In this document: piece after piece, positions 1 to 9,377 of the stretch
Numbering within the stretch: position 1 is the first letter of the stretch
Layout: each line of letters begins with the position of its first letter
NCBI GenBank assembly: GCA_020252385.1
Contig: JADCDC010000149.1
Coordinates: forward strand, 1 to 62,873
DNA length: 62,873 bases
Direction of reading: 5' to 3'
Origin: Aestuariivirga sp.
Lineage (GTDB): Bacteria; Pseudomonadota; Alphaproteobacteria; Rhizobiales; Aestuariivirgaceae
Notes under the pieces: generated by a model
Databases searched by the model: none
Told to the model about the DNA's origin: nothing
What the model saw: the letters and a program-made list of their open reading frames with translations, nothing else
Position numbers and translations under genes: made by a program

Positions 1-141
1 GACTGAACGACAGGACCGTGCGGTCGAAATGGCTGTTGTGAATGACGATCTGATCGGCGGCGTCGATGAGCGACTGCATCATGCCGGGGGTCGGGAACTC
101 GACGACCTGGACCTCGTCGTCGTCCCATGCGTAGGCCAGCA
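1..141. repeat. Terminal overlap, identical to 62733-62873 (circular assembly)
   Basis: First 141 nt (gactgaacga...gtaggccagca) match the last 141 nt and the PolA frame continues across the join. Unit genome is 62732 bp. Confidence 0.97.
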
Positions 142-232
142 GCAGGATCTCCGCGTTCTCCGCATAGGCCCATGTGCCATGCGTGATCGGCGTCTCGCTG
201 AAAGTCTCGGTATCAAGGAATATGGTGCGCAT
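1..232 (-). CDS. polA: DNA polymerase family A, N-terminal part (continues into 61033-62873)
   Basis: ATG at 232 gives MRTIFLDTETFSETPITHG...PTPGMMQSLID, containing the ExoI motif DTET and in frame with the 593 aa ORF. Joined protein is 643 aa. Confidence 0.92.
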   Translation of the reverse strand, partial: MRTIFLDTETFSETPITHGTWAYAENAEILLLAYAWDDDEVQVVEFPTPGMMQSLIDAADQIVIHNSHFDRTVLSFS

Positions 233-290
233 GGCGAGGAGGTGAGGGGCAGGACGGCAGGAGAAGGACCGCCCTGCCCCTCTGGCTTCG

Positions 291-548
291 CTAGATCAGA
301 TCAGCGCAGCCAAGCGCGTTGGCGTAGAGTTCGAGCATGGCCCGCTCCTCCAGCACCTTGTCGCGGTCCTTCTTGCGAAGGGCCACCAGTTTGCGAAGGG
401 TCCGGGTGTCGAACCCATTGCCCTTGGCCTCGGCGTACACCTCCTTGATGTCCGCCGCGACTTGGCTCTTGTCCTCCTCCAGACGCTCGATGCGCTCGAT
501 GATGGACCGCAGTTGGTCGGGCGCCGTGGGGGTGTTGTGGCCGATCAT
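291..548 (-). CDS. gapR: GapR/DUF2312 family nucleoid-associated protein
   Basis: [16 protein letters not shown]...[27 protein letters not shown]...LELYANALG is the DUF2312 signature. Confidence 0.93.
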   Translation of the reverse strand: MIGHNTPTAPDQLRSIIERIERLEEDKSQVAADIKEVYAEAKGNGFDTRTLRKLVALRKKDRDKVLEERAMLELYANALGCADLI

Positions 549-1099
549 CAGACGAAGTCCTCCTCGTCGTCCGCACCGAACTCGTCAGCCGAAGCCGCCG
601 ACGATCCGCCGAAGCGTTCGCCGTCCGCGTAGAACTTCACGCCGCGAAGCACGGCGTTGATGCGCCGGCCCCACTTCGGGCTGTCCTGCACGTAGATGTC
701 CACGCTGGCGTGGACGTAGCAGCCGCCCTCAATCAGGTGGTCAGCCTCCGTGACCGGCTGGCCCTGACGGTCCAGCGCGGTGGGGCGCAGCTTCTCGGAG
801 CGGGTGGACAGGAAGAAGTTGCCGTCGAAGCCGTCGTAGACGTCGCCGTTCTTGTTCTTGTACGGCCCCTCGACCCATGCCGACTTCTTGTCTTCCATGA
901 GTTGCTTGACGATGCCGTCGGCCTTGGCGCCCCACTTCTCCTTGGCCGCCGCGGCGATGGCCTCGCGGATCGCCGCCACGTTGGGGGAGGCAGGGTCCAC
1001 GATCAGCTTGGCGCCGTAGGCCGGCTTGTTGTCGCCGAAGGCTTGGGGCTGGAAGATGGCCGGGAAGGCCACTCGCACGTTACGCAGTTGAACAATCAT
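548..1099 (-). CDS. ssb: ssDNA-binding protein, DUF2815/APSE type
   Basis: [41 protein letters not shown] and an acidic C-terminal tail. Lies between PolA and DUF2800. Confidence 0.88.
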   Translation of the reverse strand: MIVQLRNVRVAFPAIFQPQAFGDNKPAYGAKLIVDPASPNVAAIREAIAAAAKEKWGAKADGIVKQLMEDKKSAWVEGPYKNKNGDVYDGFDGNFFLSTRSEKLRPTALDRQGQPVTEADHLIEGGCYVHASVDIYVQDSPKWGRRINAVLRGVKFYADGERFGGSSAASADEFGADDEEDFV

Positions 1100-1124
1100 G
1101 TCTCAGGTCTCTCGTTTCAGGTTG

Positions 1125-2321
1125 CTAGTCAAAGTCCGCCGCCGTGGCCCCGAGGGACAACGCCGGTTTCTTATCCGTGGCCGGGGCCACCGATGGCTTG
1201 CCCGGGGACCGCGTGACCAGTGCGTTGATGCGCTGGAGGCGGGCTGGGCTGTGCTTGAGCAACTTCTCCGCAGTCGTCGGAGAAATCAAGTCATATTCGT
1301 ACATCTCGCTGTTCTTGAAGCGCCAGGACTTCAGCAGCTTGGCGACCTCGTCCGGGTTGGACCACTTGCGGTTGCCCATCCGGCCCTCGACCAACTTGTA
1401 GCCGGGCACGTCAGCGCCGGCGAACAGGCGCCGCTCGATCTCGCCACGCACGGCCTTGCACCAGTCCTCGATCAGCCCGACCTTCGCCATAGCGCCGGCG
1501 AGCCACTCGGGATCCACGTTGGCCAAGGTGCCGACGAACGCCTCGTCCACATCGTCGAAGTCTTCCGCCGTCGCGCCGGTGATGGTGTCCAGCACCTCGT
1601 CCTTGAGCGCCGGGCACACGAAGCGGGCGTCGCAGAACCGGCACTGCTTCTCGCCGGGATTGTAGGTCTGGTCGCCCGACAGGATGCCCTGCACGACCGC
1701 CTTGCTACTGTCAGCGAACGCCATGAGGTCGTCGTGCGACAGGCTCCACCGGCTGACCGGGTTGTCGTTCTGCGCCCGGGGCTGGTGGATGATCAGGTCG
1801 AACTGCTCGAAGGGTCCGAGGAAGTCGAAACTGTGCATCGCGCCGAGGGCGTAGAGCATGAGTTGCTCGTTGGCCTCGGCGTTCACCAGCACGCCGGCGC
1901 CGTACTTGTAGTCGATCAGGGTCAGTCTGCCCTCGGCCACGACGATGGCGTCCGCTGTGCCGAAGGCGTCGGGCGCACCGATGAACGGCGAGAACTCCAC
2001 GCGCTGGTCGGCGAAGGCCCTGCCGTCCTCGCCCATGGCCTCAAGGACCAGGTCGCGGAAGGCGAGGCCCCCGTGGATCATGGCGTCGGTGACGGGCCAG
2101 TCGGTGTCGCCGACCCGCACGGTGGTCCCGCGCAGTTCGGCGAACGCCTCGTTGCCGCCCCAGTCCTCCAGAACGATGCGGTTGGCCACGTCGTGGGCGG
2201 CGGTGCCCTCGTCGGCATAGGTCGAGGTGCGCGGCGGGACGGTCTCGCACAGGGCGAGGGACCCGGGGCAGCGCAGCCAGCGGTGGGCGGCGGAGGGGGA
2301 GAAGCGGGCGTGCTGCATCAC
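1125..2321 (-). CDS. DUF2800 Cas4-like PD-(D/E)xK exonuclease
   Basis: HARFSPSAAHRWLRCPGS, EGTAAH, FGTADA, IDYKYG, QLMLYALG, CRFC..CP, GYKLVEG. Confidence 0.9.
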   Translation of the reverse strand: MMQHARFSPSAAHRWLRCPGSLALCETVPPRTSTYADEGTAAHDVANRIVLEDWGGNEAFAELRGTTVRVGDTDWPVTDAMIHGGLAFRDLVLEAMGEDGRAFADQRVEFSPFIGAPDAFGTADAIVVAEGRLTLIDYKYGAGVLVNAEANEQLMLYALGAMHSFDFLGPFEQFDLIIHQPRAQNDNPVSRWSLSHDDLMAFADSSKAVVQGILSGDQTYNPGEKQCRFCDARFVCPALKDEVLDTITGATAEDFDDVDEAFVGTLANVDPEWLAGAMAKVGLIEDWCKAVRGEIERRLFAGADVPGYKLVEGRMGNRKWSNPDEVAKLLKSWRFKNSEMYEYDLISPTTAEKLLKHSPARLQRINALVTRSPGKPSVAPATDKKPALSLGATAADFD

Positions 2322-2509
2322 TCGTAGCCCTTCTTCGCCATCTCGTAGCCGCGGAGCAGGTCGCTGAAGATGCGACCCACCATGTCGGTGTCGTCCAACT
2401 CGCCGGAGCGGATCGGGCGGGCCATCAGGTTGGCGTGCGACTTGGACAGGCGCGACAGGGCGCGCTCTCTAGCCTCCACGCGCATCTTGTACTCGGTGTC
2501 GGGGCTCAC
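2318..2509 (-). CDS. Hypothetical protein
   Basis: SD AGGAGG upstream and 4-nt overlaps with both neighbours. Confidence 0.65.
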   Translation of the reverse strand: MSPDTEYKMRVEARERALSRLSKSHANLMARPIRSGELDDTDMVGRIFSDLLRGYEMAKKGYE

Positions 2510-2964
2510 TGGTCAGCCTCCTGCATCCGGGCCTCGTGCGCCTTGACGGCGTGCACGATGGTGGTGTGGTCGTAGCCGCCCATCCAGTGAGCGATCTGCG
2601 GGTAGGAGAAGCGCGGCTTGCCGTGCTCGTCCTTCGCCTGCCTCATGCGCCAGGCCACCTCCTGCCGGGCGTGAGCGATGTGCCGCACCCGGCTGGTGCT
2701 GAGAATGTCCACGACGGACACGCCACGAGTGACCGACACGTCGCGGATGACCTGTTGCAGGTAGTCCTTGCCGGTGATCACAGGGGCCTTGGGGCTCAGG
2801 ACCGACTGGCGCCCGCGCTCGTAAGCGGCGATCAGGGACTCGTAGCCCTTGCTTCCGGGGACGAGTTCCAAGTCGTCAAGGCCGAGTTGCCTGAGCCTCT
2901 CGTATGTGACGTGATATTGATGCACGGCCTCGCGCAGTTGACGCCCCATCTCCGCGCCATCCAT
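2506..2964 (-). CDS. Protein with DnaA C-terminal (domain IV) helix-turn-helix
   Basis: VSVVDILSTSRVRHIAHARQEVAW...FSYPQIAHWMGGYDHTTIVHAVK matches the DnaA domain IV pattern. No AAA+ domain. Confidence 0.85.
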   Translation of the reverse strand: MDGAEMGRQLREAVHQYHVTYERLRQLGLDDLELVPGSKGYESLIAAYERGRQSVLSPKAPVITGKDYLQQVIRDVSVTRGVSVVDILSTSRVRHIAHARQEVAWRMRQAKDEHGKPRFSYPQIAHWMGGYDHTTIVHAVKAHEARMQEADQ

Positions 2965-3536
2965 CACATCGCACTCCGCACGGCGGCGACGATCTGCGGC
3001 CACATGTCCTCGGGCGTACCGCGGGCGGTGGTCAGGCCGAGGGTGGACAGCACGGCCTTGACGGCGTCCGGCCCCTTCTCCTTGGCCAGGGCCAGCACCT
3101 CACGGGACATGTCCTCGTAGGTGATGGGCTCAGAGGCAGTCGTCGCAGAACCAGACGCGGGCTCGTCCGACCCAGCTTCCGAGGTAGACGCCTGCGTTTC
3201 CACAGGCGCATCGACGGAAGGGACGTGCTCCTCCACGATGGGCGTCGTGACGGTGCTCTCGAAGACCGGCTCGGGGGCGGGCTCCTCGCCACGAAGCGCC
3301 ATGTTAATTTCATAGACGACGTTGGGTGGCAGCGCGCCGCCCGCCCCTCCGCGCGGCGAGGGATCAGTGGGGGGCACGAGGCCCCCTGCACCAGCCGGCG
3401 CAAGGTCCGCCGGCGCCGCAGCCTTGGTGCGGGTCGCCCGGGGCTTGGGGGCCTCGGCGGGTTCGCCGATGATCTGGCGGGCTTGGGACACGATCTCGGC
3501 CCAGTCAGCGCCTTCCAGGGTGATGATGATAGACAT
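2964..3536 (-). CDS. Hypothetical Pro/Ala-rich protein of the replication module
   Basis: SD AGGAGA, with structured N- and C-termini joined by a low-complexity linker. Confidence 0.75.
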   Translation of the reverse strand: MSIIITLEGADWAEIVSQARQIIGEPAEAPKPRATRTKAAAPADLAPAGAGGLVPPTDPSPRGGAGGALPPNVVYEINMALRGEEPAPEPVFESTVTTPIVEEHVPSVDAPVETQASTSEAGSDEPASGSATTASEPITYEDMSREVLALAKEKGPDAVKAVLSTLGLTTARGTPEDMWPQIVAAVRSAM

Positions 3537-3539
3537 GGT

Positions 3540-5588
3540 TCAGTTCTCCTTTTTGTAAGCCGCTTCAATGCGGCGGCAGGCAATCTCAAAGTAGTCGGGG
3601 TCACGCTCAATGCCGATGAACCGAAAGCCCTCCAGCATGGCGCCCTTGCCCGTCGAGCCAGAACCCATGAAGGGATCCAGCACGACACCCCCGGGCGGGG
3701 TCACTAAGCGACACAGGTAACGCATCAACTCCGTCGGCTTGACGGTGGGGTGGTTGTTCTGCCTCGGCTTCCACCGGCCATACGGGTTCCCATCCTCGCC
3801 CTGCGCGGCTTTCTCCGCGTGGTTGGGGCGGAACTCGCTGGCCGCACTCGCCTTGCGCTCCATGCCCTCCAAGCCCTCGTCGCGGTCGCGCTTGCTGGCC
3901 TTGGGGCAGTAGAAGAACCGCGCGGCTTCACCCAGCAGGCCAGCGGCCTCGTCGCCGCCATCGTGGATCAGGTTGGCGGGCCAGCGACCCTCGGCGTCGG
4001 GCTTTGCGTCGCGGGCGTAGTTGCCGCCGCTCATCTCCCGGTTCTCGGAAGCCTTGGAGCCCGTCTGGCTCCAGCCCGACACGTCGTCGGTGTCTCGACC
4101 TACTCGACACCCGTCAATGTTCAGCGCGCCCGTGCCGTAGGTCTGGACGTTCTCCGCCACCGTGCCGGTCAGGGGCTTGCGGGCGACGGTGACGGGCTCA
4201 AGGGCGGGCTTGAGAGAAGTGCCAAACCCTTGCCACTGGCGGGCAGCGTCTGTGGCGGGGGCGGTGATGGCGCCCGGGTTGCCGGCGTAGTCGCCATACG
4301 CCGATGTGTCGACGGCGCGCGTCTGCTGCGTAGCCTTGCGGGCGTCAAACCCCACCACCTCCCGCTCCGCACCCGCCGCCTTGTCAATCGCCTTGCTGAC
4401 GTCCAGCGACTTGGGGAAGCCGGAGTTGCCAGTGACGAACACCTTGCCGTTCCGCCGGGCCACAAAGGCACCGGTGCTCACGGTGGGGCACCAGATCAGC
4501 CCGCTGTATCGGATGGCGGAGACGGTTGCCAAAGTGGCTGAATAGCTTGACCGTGCTCGTACCGCTTGTGCTCCGCGTTGGTCGCAAAGAGCATCAAGTT
4601 CCCCAGCCGGTTGTCCGTCGCGTCGTGGTTGATGTGGTGCACACACTCCGTCCGGGTAAGCGGGCGCCCGATGGCTTCCGCCACCTTCAGCCGGTGAAGC
4701 ATCACGTATCCGTCCTTCCGGGCCATGGCCTTGAACGCTTCCGGGCACCGGACGTAGGCTATTCGCTGCGTAGCATACCGACCCTTGCGGCTGAAATACG
4801 TGACCCCACCCTTCCACGCCGGGTTGTTCGGCCCTGTCATTTTCAGCGCGTAGCTTTCCCTGCTGGCGGCGGTCCAACCCGCGCGCCCCTTGTGCGCGTG
4901 CTTCGCCCAGTCCTGTCCCCGGTAGTAACCGTTGCACTGCCGGCTGCAATACCGCACCGCGTCCTTGCGGTACGTCACAAAAATCGTCTGGCAATGTGGG
5001 CACGATTTCCACGCCAGCGAGTTCATCCGCCGGTACGAATGTGAGCACTCCGCCTCGTTCAACAAGGCAACGATGTCCTCGGCTGACGATCTGGTCTGTG
5101 TGATCCGAGACAATTCGGTAGGCGGTATCCTGCTCGACACGATATTCGCTCCACCGGAGCGGCGTCTCCCATTGGTAAACGTCGTTCTCAACATCATACG
5201 CCAGAACCCTCTCGTGCTTGGCTGTATGGTAGGGCATCCACCCCTTGTCGGTCAACACCTCGGAGTCCTCGCTCAGGCACCCGTAACACCACATGATCAT
5301 GTCCCTGATCTCGAACCCGGCGTCCTCGATCCGCACGGCCATCCGGTGCTGGGTGCGCGTCCCGGCGAAGGCCAGCAGGTGAGCGCCGGGTTTCATGACC
5401 CCCAGCACCGCAGCCCACAGCGCCTCGCTCGGCACGTCGTAGTCCCACCGCTTGCCCATGAACGACAGGCCGTAGGGCGGGTCGGTGACGACCGAGTCGA
5501 CCAGGTCGCCCACGAACGGGAGGCCGGGCACGATCTCCAAGCTGTCGCCGCAATAGAGCGTGGCATCGCCGATCTGCTCAACCCTCAA
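3540..5588 (-). CDS. DNA adenine methyltransferase (N6/N4 family, beta order) containing an intein
   Basis: VTDPPY, HPTVKP and VLDPFMGSGSTG motifs. The WCYG|SGFPKS motif is split by a 285 aa insertion, giving a 397 aa spliced product. Confidence 0.92.
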   Translation of the reverse strand: MRVEQIGDATLYCGDSLEIVPGLPFVGDLVDSVVTDPPYGLSFMGKRWDYDVPSEALWAAVLGVMKPGAHLLAFAGTRTQHRMAVRIEDAGFEIRDMIMWCYGCLSEDSEVLTDKGWMPYHTAKHERVLAYDVENDVYQWETPLRWSEYRVEQDTAYRIVSDHTDQIVSRGHRCLVERGGVLTFVPADELAGVEIVPTLPDDFCDVPQGRGAVLQPAVQRLLPGTGLGEARAQGARGLDRRQQGKLRAENDRAEQPGVEGWGHVFQPQGSVCYAANSLRPVPGSVQGHGPEGRIRDASPAEGGGSHRAPAYPDGVCAPHQPRRDGQPAGELDALCDQRGAQAVRARSSYSATLATVSAIRYSGLIWCPTVSTGAFVARRNGKVFVTGNSGFPKSLDVSKAIDKAAGAEREVVGFDARKATQQTRAVDTSAYGDYAGNPGAITAPATDAARQWQGFGTSLKPALEPVTVARKPLTGTVAENVQTYGTGALNIDGCRVGRDTDDVSGWSQTGSKASENREMSGGNYARDAKPDAEGRWPANLIHDGGDEAAGLLGEAARFFYCPKASKRDRDEGLEGMERKASAASEFRPNHAEKAAQGEDGNPYGRWKPRQNNHPTVKPTELMRYLCRLVTPPGGVVLDPFMGSGSTGKGAMLEGFRFIGIERDPDYFEIACRRIEAAYKKEN
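4425..5279 (-). mobile_element. Intein in the methyltransferase (285 aa)
   Basis: Starts CLSEDSEVLTDKGW, block B VSRGHRCL, ends WCPTVSTGAFVARRNGKVFVTGN followed by +1 Ser. Removal restores YGSGFPKS. Confidence 0.9.
4496..5026 (-). CDS. Zn-finger plus HNH homing endonuclease overprinted in the +1 frame inside the intein
   Basis: CPHC...YCSRQC, GPNNPAWKGG, DGYVMLHRLKVAEAIGRPL...VHHINHDATDNRLGNL. Start uncertain: ATG at 5026, frame open to 5197. Confidence 0.88.
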   Translation of the reverse strand: MNSLAWKSCPHCQTIFVTYRKDAVRYCSRQCNGYYRGQDWAKHAHKGRAGWTAASRESYALKMTGPNNPAWKGGVTYFSRKGRYATQRIAYVRCPEAFKAMARKDGYVMLHRLKVAEAIGRPLTRTECVHHINHDATDNRLGNLMLFATNAEHKRYEHGQAIQPLWQPSPPSDTAG

Positions 5589-5715
5589 GGTCAGCCTCCA
5601 GGATCAGGGTCTCAAAGCGGTCGACCAACTCCTGCACGAGCGGGTGGTCAAACGCCTCGCGCACGCGCTCGATGAGCGCCTCGTCCTCAAGCCCTGCGGC
5701 CTGTGTCCTCGTCAT
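5578..5715 (-). CDS. Small hypothetical protein (45 aa)
   Basis: AAGGAGA SD, then MTRTQAAGLEDEALIERVRE...LEADLEG*, overlapping the methylase start. Confidence 0.6.
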   Translation of the reverse strand: MTRTQAAGLEDEALIERVREAFDHPLVQELVDRFETLILEADLEG

Positions 5716-5775
5716 GTCGGTTCTCCTTGGGCCAACCGGCCCGATGCACTTATCTAGGACTTAACAAGCGAGTTG

Positions 5776-7785
5776 TCACGCACAAAATTGCACGACGCCA
5801 TGCTCCAGCATCAGCGGGGCGTCCTCGCCCTTCTGCAAACTGCGCACGGCGCGCATCACGCTCTGCCGCCGGATGTCTCGGGCGCCCTCCTCGGGGGCCG
5901 GCACCGTGCCCACCACATAATCCAGCAGCTTGTCCAGCGACATGCTGGTGACGCTGGGCTCCAGCAAACCGATGGCGTCCATCACCACCTGCTCCCATGC
6001 CCCCAGCCGCCGCTTGGCCGTCGGCTTCTGCGCCACCGGCACTGTAGCGTCCCGCACTACAAGGCTGCTCATCTCCTCGCCGTCGCGGTCAAGGCCGACC
6101 ACCACGGGCTCAAGGGTGAAGCCCCACGACAGGTCGTCCCTGCCGTCCTTCTGCTTGCTGACCCGCAGGACGCGCACCTGCCCCTCGTCGGGCCGCATGA
6201 CCTCGAACTCGACGTCCGCGGCGGCGCGGATCCCGCTCCAGCCCCGCGCACCCCGCGCCGCGTCCTTGCCGCTGTGGTGGACCAGCAGCACCATGGCGCC
6301 GGTCGCATCGCGGATAGCCCGGGCGTGGCGCAGGGCCAGGCCCATGTCCTCGCCGCTGTTCTCGTTCGCGCCGGGCGTCACCTGCGCGAAGGTATCGACC
6401 ACCACCAGATCGGTCGGACCCGCAGCAGCCATGGCCTCGACCACGGCGGTGATGTCCTCCTCGATCAAAAAGTTCGGCACGGCGTTCATGATGCCAAGCG
6501 GCACGCCGTCGAGGCTCAGGCCCTTGTCGATGGCATACGCCCTGACGCGGGACGCCACGCCCCCGCCGCCTTCAGCAGCGACGTAGAGCACGGCGCCCTG
6601 CTTGACAGGCCGCTCGCGCCAGTCCGCCCCGCGCGCCACGGCCAGGGCCATGTCCAGCACGGCGAAGGACTTGCCGCTGCCGCTGGCGCCATAGAGCACG
6701 CCGAGGTCGGCCCGGGGCAGGACGCCCTTGATGATCCATTCCGGCGGCTCGCGCATCATGTAGTCGCTGGCGGCGACGAACGGAAACCGGCCCGGGTAGC
6801 CCGGCGGCGTGGCGTAAGAGGCCGACGGCTCGGCGACCTGCACCTTCTCCGCCAGCTTCTCCAGCCGCTCGGACGGGTTCTGCGCCTCGCGCGCCTCGCG
6901 GGCCATCTTGATGACCGACGCCATGGTGACCTGACGGCCCGTGGCCTGCCGGCGGGTGAACGAGTCCCATTGCGCCTGTAGCTGGTCGCTGCCGGGGTAT
7001 TGCTCGCCGTCGCTGGACCACTCGTCCCACAGGTCGAACCCGTCGCCCTCGGTCTCGTGGTGCAGGGCCATGCCCACGCGGATCCAGTCGTCCCGGCCCA
7101 TGCTCGGGTCGAGGTCGGCCAGCAGCGCCTTGATCTCGTCCTCGCTCAGGCCAAGGGTCGGCTCGTGGCCAGCCATGAAGTCGTCGGGGTCGCTCGGGCT
7201 TGAGGATTGCGGGCCGAACCGCGCATCGCAGAAGGCCCTCAGCTTCGGACTGACGGGCGCCACCACGTCGCCGGTGTCGAACAGGTCCACGGTATAGAGC
7301 GGGTTGCCTGTGACGGTGACGAAGCCGGAGGCGGTGAATGTCTCGACGCCGTAGCGGTCGGCGATGGCGCGGCTCTTGCGGTCGCCCAGCGCCCCCTTGA
7401 CGAAGGCCCGCACGCCCTTGCCGCTCGGGCTGTACTCCGCGTAGGTGTCACAGACTAGCGCCTCCAGTTCAGCGGGCAGGTGGCCGTGGGCGTCGACGCA
7501 GGCGTCGAAGTCCAGAGCGGTGACGCCCCAGTCGGCGAGCATGGCCAGACCCACGCCGTCCATGCCGCGGGCCTTGGCGCGCTCCAGAGCGCGCTCCAGA
7601 GGCACGAGGGAGGCGCGGTCGCGGGCGTCACCCTGCCGGCCATAGCGCCTGCCGCCGTTGGCGTAATAGGGCACCTTGATGGCCTTGCCGGAGCCCTCGA
7701 TGCGCTCATACCGCCAGCACAGCCAGCCGGGCAGGTCGCGCAGGAGCGAGGGGACGGCGAGGCCCGGAGTCGGGCCAGCCATCAC
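5776..7785 (-). CDS. Primase-polymerase, PriCT-2 and AAA_25/RepA-like helicase fusion
   Basis: WLCWRY..KVPY, LDFDAC, AEYSPSGKG; DDWIRVGMALH..WDEWS; Walker A GASGSGKS, YVAAEG, VVVDT, LVHHSGK, RGWS. Confidence 0.9.
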   Translation of the reverse strand: MMAGPTPGLAVPSLLRDLPGWLCWRYERIEGSGKAIKVPYYANGGRRYGRQGDARDRASLVPLERALERAKARGMDGVGLAMLADWGVTALDFDACVDAHGHLPAELEALVCDTYAEYSPSGKGVRAFVKGALGDRKSRAIADRYGVETFTASGFVTVTGNPLYTVDLFDTGDVVAPVSPKLRAFCDARFGPQSSSPSDPDDFMAGHEPTLGLSEDEIKALLADLDPSMGRDDWIRVGMALHHETEGDGFDLWDEWSSDGEQYPGSDQLQAQWDSFTRRQATGRQVTMASVIKMAREAREAQNPSERLEKLAEKVQVAEPSASYATPPGYPGRFPFVAASDYMMREPPEWIIKGVLPRADLGVLYGASGSGKSFAVLDMALAVARGADWRERPVKQGAVLYVAAEGGGGVASRVRAYAIDKGLSLDGVPLGIMNAVPNFLIEEDITAVVEAMAAAGPTDLVVVDTFAQVTPGANENSGEDMGLALRHARAIRDATGAMVLLVHHSGKDAARGARGWSGIRAAADVEFEVMRPDEGQVRVLRVSKQKDGRDDLSWGFTLEPVVVGLDRDGEEMSSLVVRDATVPVAQKPTAKRRLGAWEQVVMDAIGLLEPSVTSMSLDKLLDYVVGTVPAPEEGARDIRRQSVMRAVRSLQKGEDAPLMLEHGVVQFCA

Positions 7786-7994
7786 TCACCCGTCAGCGCG
7801 TGGACCATCTTGCGGACGGCGGGGGACACGAGGGCGATGCCCGGCACGCCGGAGATTTCCGCGATCTGCATGGCGCGCTTCGGCGGGGCATAGCCCTGCG
7901 AGGCCCACAGGCAGACGGCTTGGTGGGTCACGCCGAGGCGGCGAGCCAGAGCGGCCTTGCCGCCCACGGCCTCGATAGCGGTGTCGATGTTCAT
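7782..7994 (-). CDS. Cro/YdaS-like HTH protein (70 aa)
   Basis: AIEAVGGKAALARRLGVTHQAVCLW...PPKRAMQIAEISGV, with SD AAGGAGA before ATG 7994. Confidence 0.85.
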   Translation of the reverse strand: MNIDTAIEAVGGKAALARRLGVTHQAVCLWASQGYAPPKRAMQIAEISGVPGIALVSPAVRKMVHALTGE

Positions 7995-8014
7995 CGTAGT
8001 CTCCTTGAGCGGCG

Positions 8015-8044
8015 AAGGTAAACGCTTGCGTTGCGGGGCGTCAA
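8015..8044 (-). promoter_or_regulatory. Sigma70-type promoter for the Cro/primase unit
   Basis: TTGACG-18 nt-TACCTT just upstream of the SD. Confidence 0.55.
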
Positions 8045-8973
8045 GCACTCCTGACGCGCTCCGCCGCCATCGCTGCGTATTCGGGGTTGAGTTCACAGAG
8101 GATGCTGTTGCGGTTGTTGCGGGCGGCGACGAGGCCAGTGGTCCCGGCCCCGCCGAACGGGTCCAGCACCGTCCCGCCTTCAGGGCACCCGGCGAGGACG
8201 CAGGGCGCGATCAGGTCCGGCGGGAACGTGGCGAAGTGAGCGCCCTTGAACGGCTTGGTGGTCACGGTCCAGACGCTGCGGCGGTTCCGCATCCCGTCGT
8301 AGACCTTGTATTCAGGCGGGCGAGAGTTGACTCCCGGTTGCGCCGCGCGCGTGGCGCTGCCCTTCGCGGCCTTGGTCCCCGCCGGATAGATGGCGGGCTC
8401 CTTCATCGCCTCACTGTCGAAGTAGTAGCGAGGCCCCTTGGACAGCAGGAAGATATACTCGTGCGCCTTGGTGCAGCGGTCCTTCACGCTCTCCGGCATT
8501 ACACCCGGCTTGTGCCAAATGATGTCCTGCCGAAGGATCCACCCGTCCGCCTGTAGGGCGAAAGCGACCCTCCAGGGGATGCCCAGCAACTGCTTTGAGT
8601 GAACGCCGGAAACCTTTTTGCGGGTTGCGTACGAGGTGGCCCGATCCTGAGCCGCTTCGATGTAGGCGCTGGGGCTGTTGCAACCGAAGTTGGCGAGGTT
8701 GGCTTGCACGGCCTTTGATTTCGGGCCGGCATAGCTATCCCCCAGATTCAGCCAGAGGGTGCCGTCATCCCGCAGGACCCGGCGCACCTCGCGGAACACC
8801 TCGACCAGCTTGGCGACGAACTCGTCAGGGGTTTGCTCAAGCCCGATTTGCCCGGCGTGGCCGTAGTCACGCAGCCCGAAATACGGGGGCGAGGTCACGC
8901 AGGTGTTGACGGACTGGTCGGCCATCGCCCGCAAAGACGCGAGGCAGTCACCGACAACGATCTTGCAGGTCAT
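8041..8973 (-). CDS. DNA amino-methyltransferase (SPPY type, likely N4-cytosine)
   Basis: VTSPPYFGLRDY, WLNLGDSY, IIWHKP, HEYIF, HFATFP, VLDPFGGAGTTG. Confidence 0.92.
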   Translation of the reverse strand: MTCKIVVGDCLASLRAMADQSVNTCVTSPPYFGLRDYGHAGQIGLEQTPDEFVAKLVEVFREVRRVLRDDGTLWLNLGDSYAGPKSKAVQANLANFGCNSPSAYIEAAQDRATSYATRKKVSGVHSKQLLGIPWRVAFALQADGWILRQDIIWHKPGVMPESVKDRCTKAHEYIFLLSKGPRYYFDSEAMKEPAIYPAGTKAAKGSATRAAQPGVNSRPPEYKVYDGMRNRRSVWTVTTKPFKGAHFATFPPDLIAPCVLAGCPEGGTVLDPFGGAGTTGLVAARNNRNSILCELNPEYAAMAAERVRSA

Positions 8974-9377
8974 TTGCATGGCCACCACCCTTTGGGCTTG
9001 GGCACCTCGGCGAAGGCGCGGATCGACTTCCGAAAGTACGAGTCAAGCAGCACGCTGGCGCGCATGGGTGGCAAGATTTGGTTGTCCCTGTCGAGGATAA
9101 CGACCCAGCGGTAGTCGGAGACGTCAATAGACCCGCTGTCGGGAGAACGCCAGCCGTACGGGGTCGGCGCCGGGTCGGCTTTCAGGCGAGCAACTTCCCT
9201 GCGCAGAAAGTCGCGCTCAGTCCTGATTGAGGTCACTTCGGCTTTAAGCGCCTCGACCTCTCGGGTCAGATCGTCAACCTGTTGCAGTGCGCGTTGCGCG
9301 GTTTCGCTCCCGAACTCCGCCGCTTGACGACGGACGTCCGCTTCGGTCTCGCCGGTGAATGTGATGCTGACAGTCAT
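8970..9377 (-). CDS. Hypothetical coiled-coil protein
   Basis: ATGA overlaps at both ends and a heptad-like centre. Confidence 0.65.
   Translation of the reverse strand: MTVSITFTGETEADVRRQAAEFGSETAQRALQQVDDLTREVEALKAEVTSIRTERDFLRREVARLKADPAPTPYGWRSPDSGSIDVSDYRWVVILDRDNQILPPMRASVLLDSYFRKSIRAFAEVPKPKGWWPCK

Noticed and set aside
1-141. 141-bp terminal repeat as a biological direct terminal repeat
   Set aside because: It falls mid-polA and its length matches a common assembler k-mer, so it is best read as circular overlap.
244-283. GC-rich hairpin between gapR and polA as a terminator
   Set aside because: The stem is real but there is no U-tract on the minus strand, so its function cannot be supported.
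1125-2321. Cas4-like gene as part of a CRISPR system
   Set aside because: No cas1/cas2 or repeat-spacer array; DUF2800 is a normal member of this replication module.
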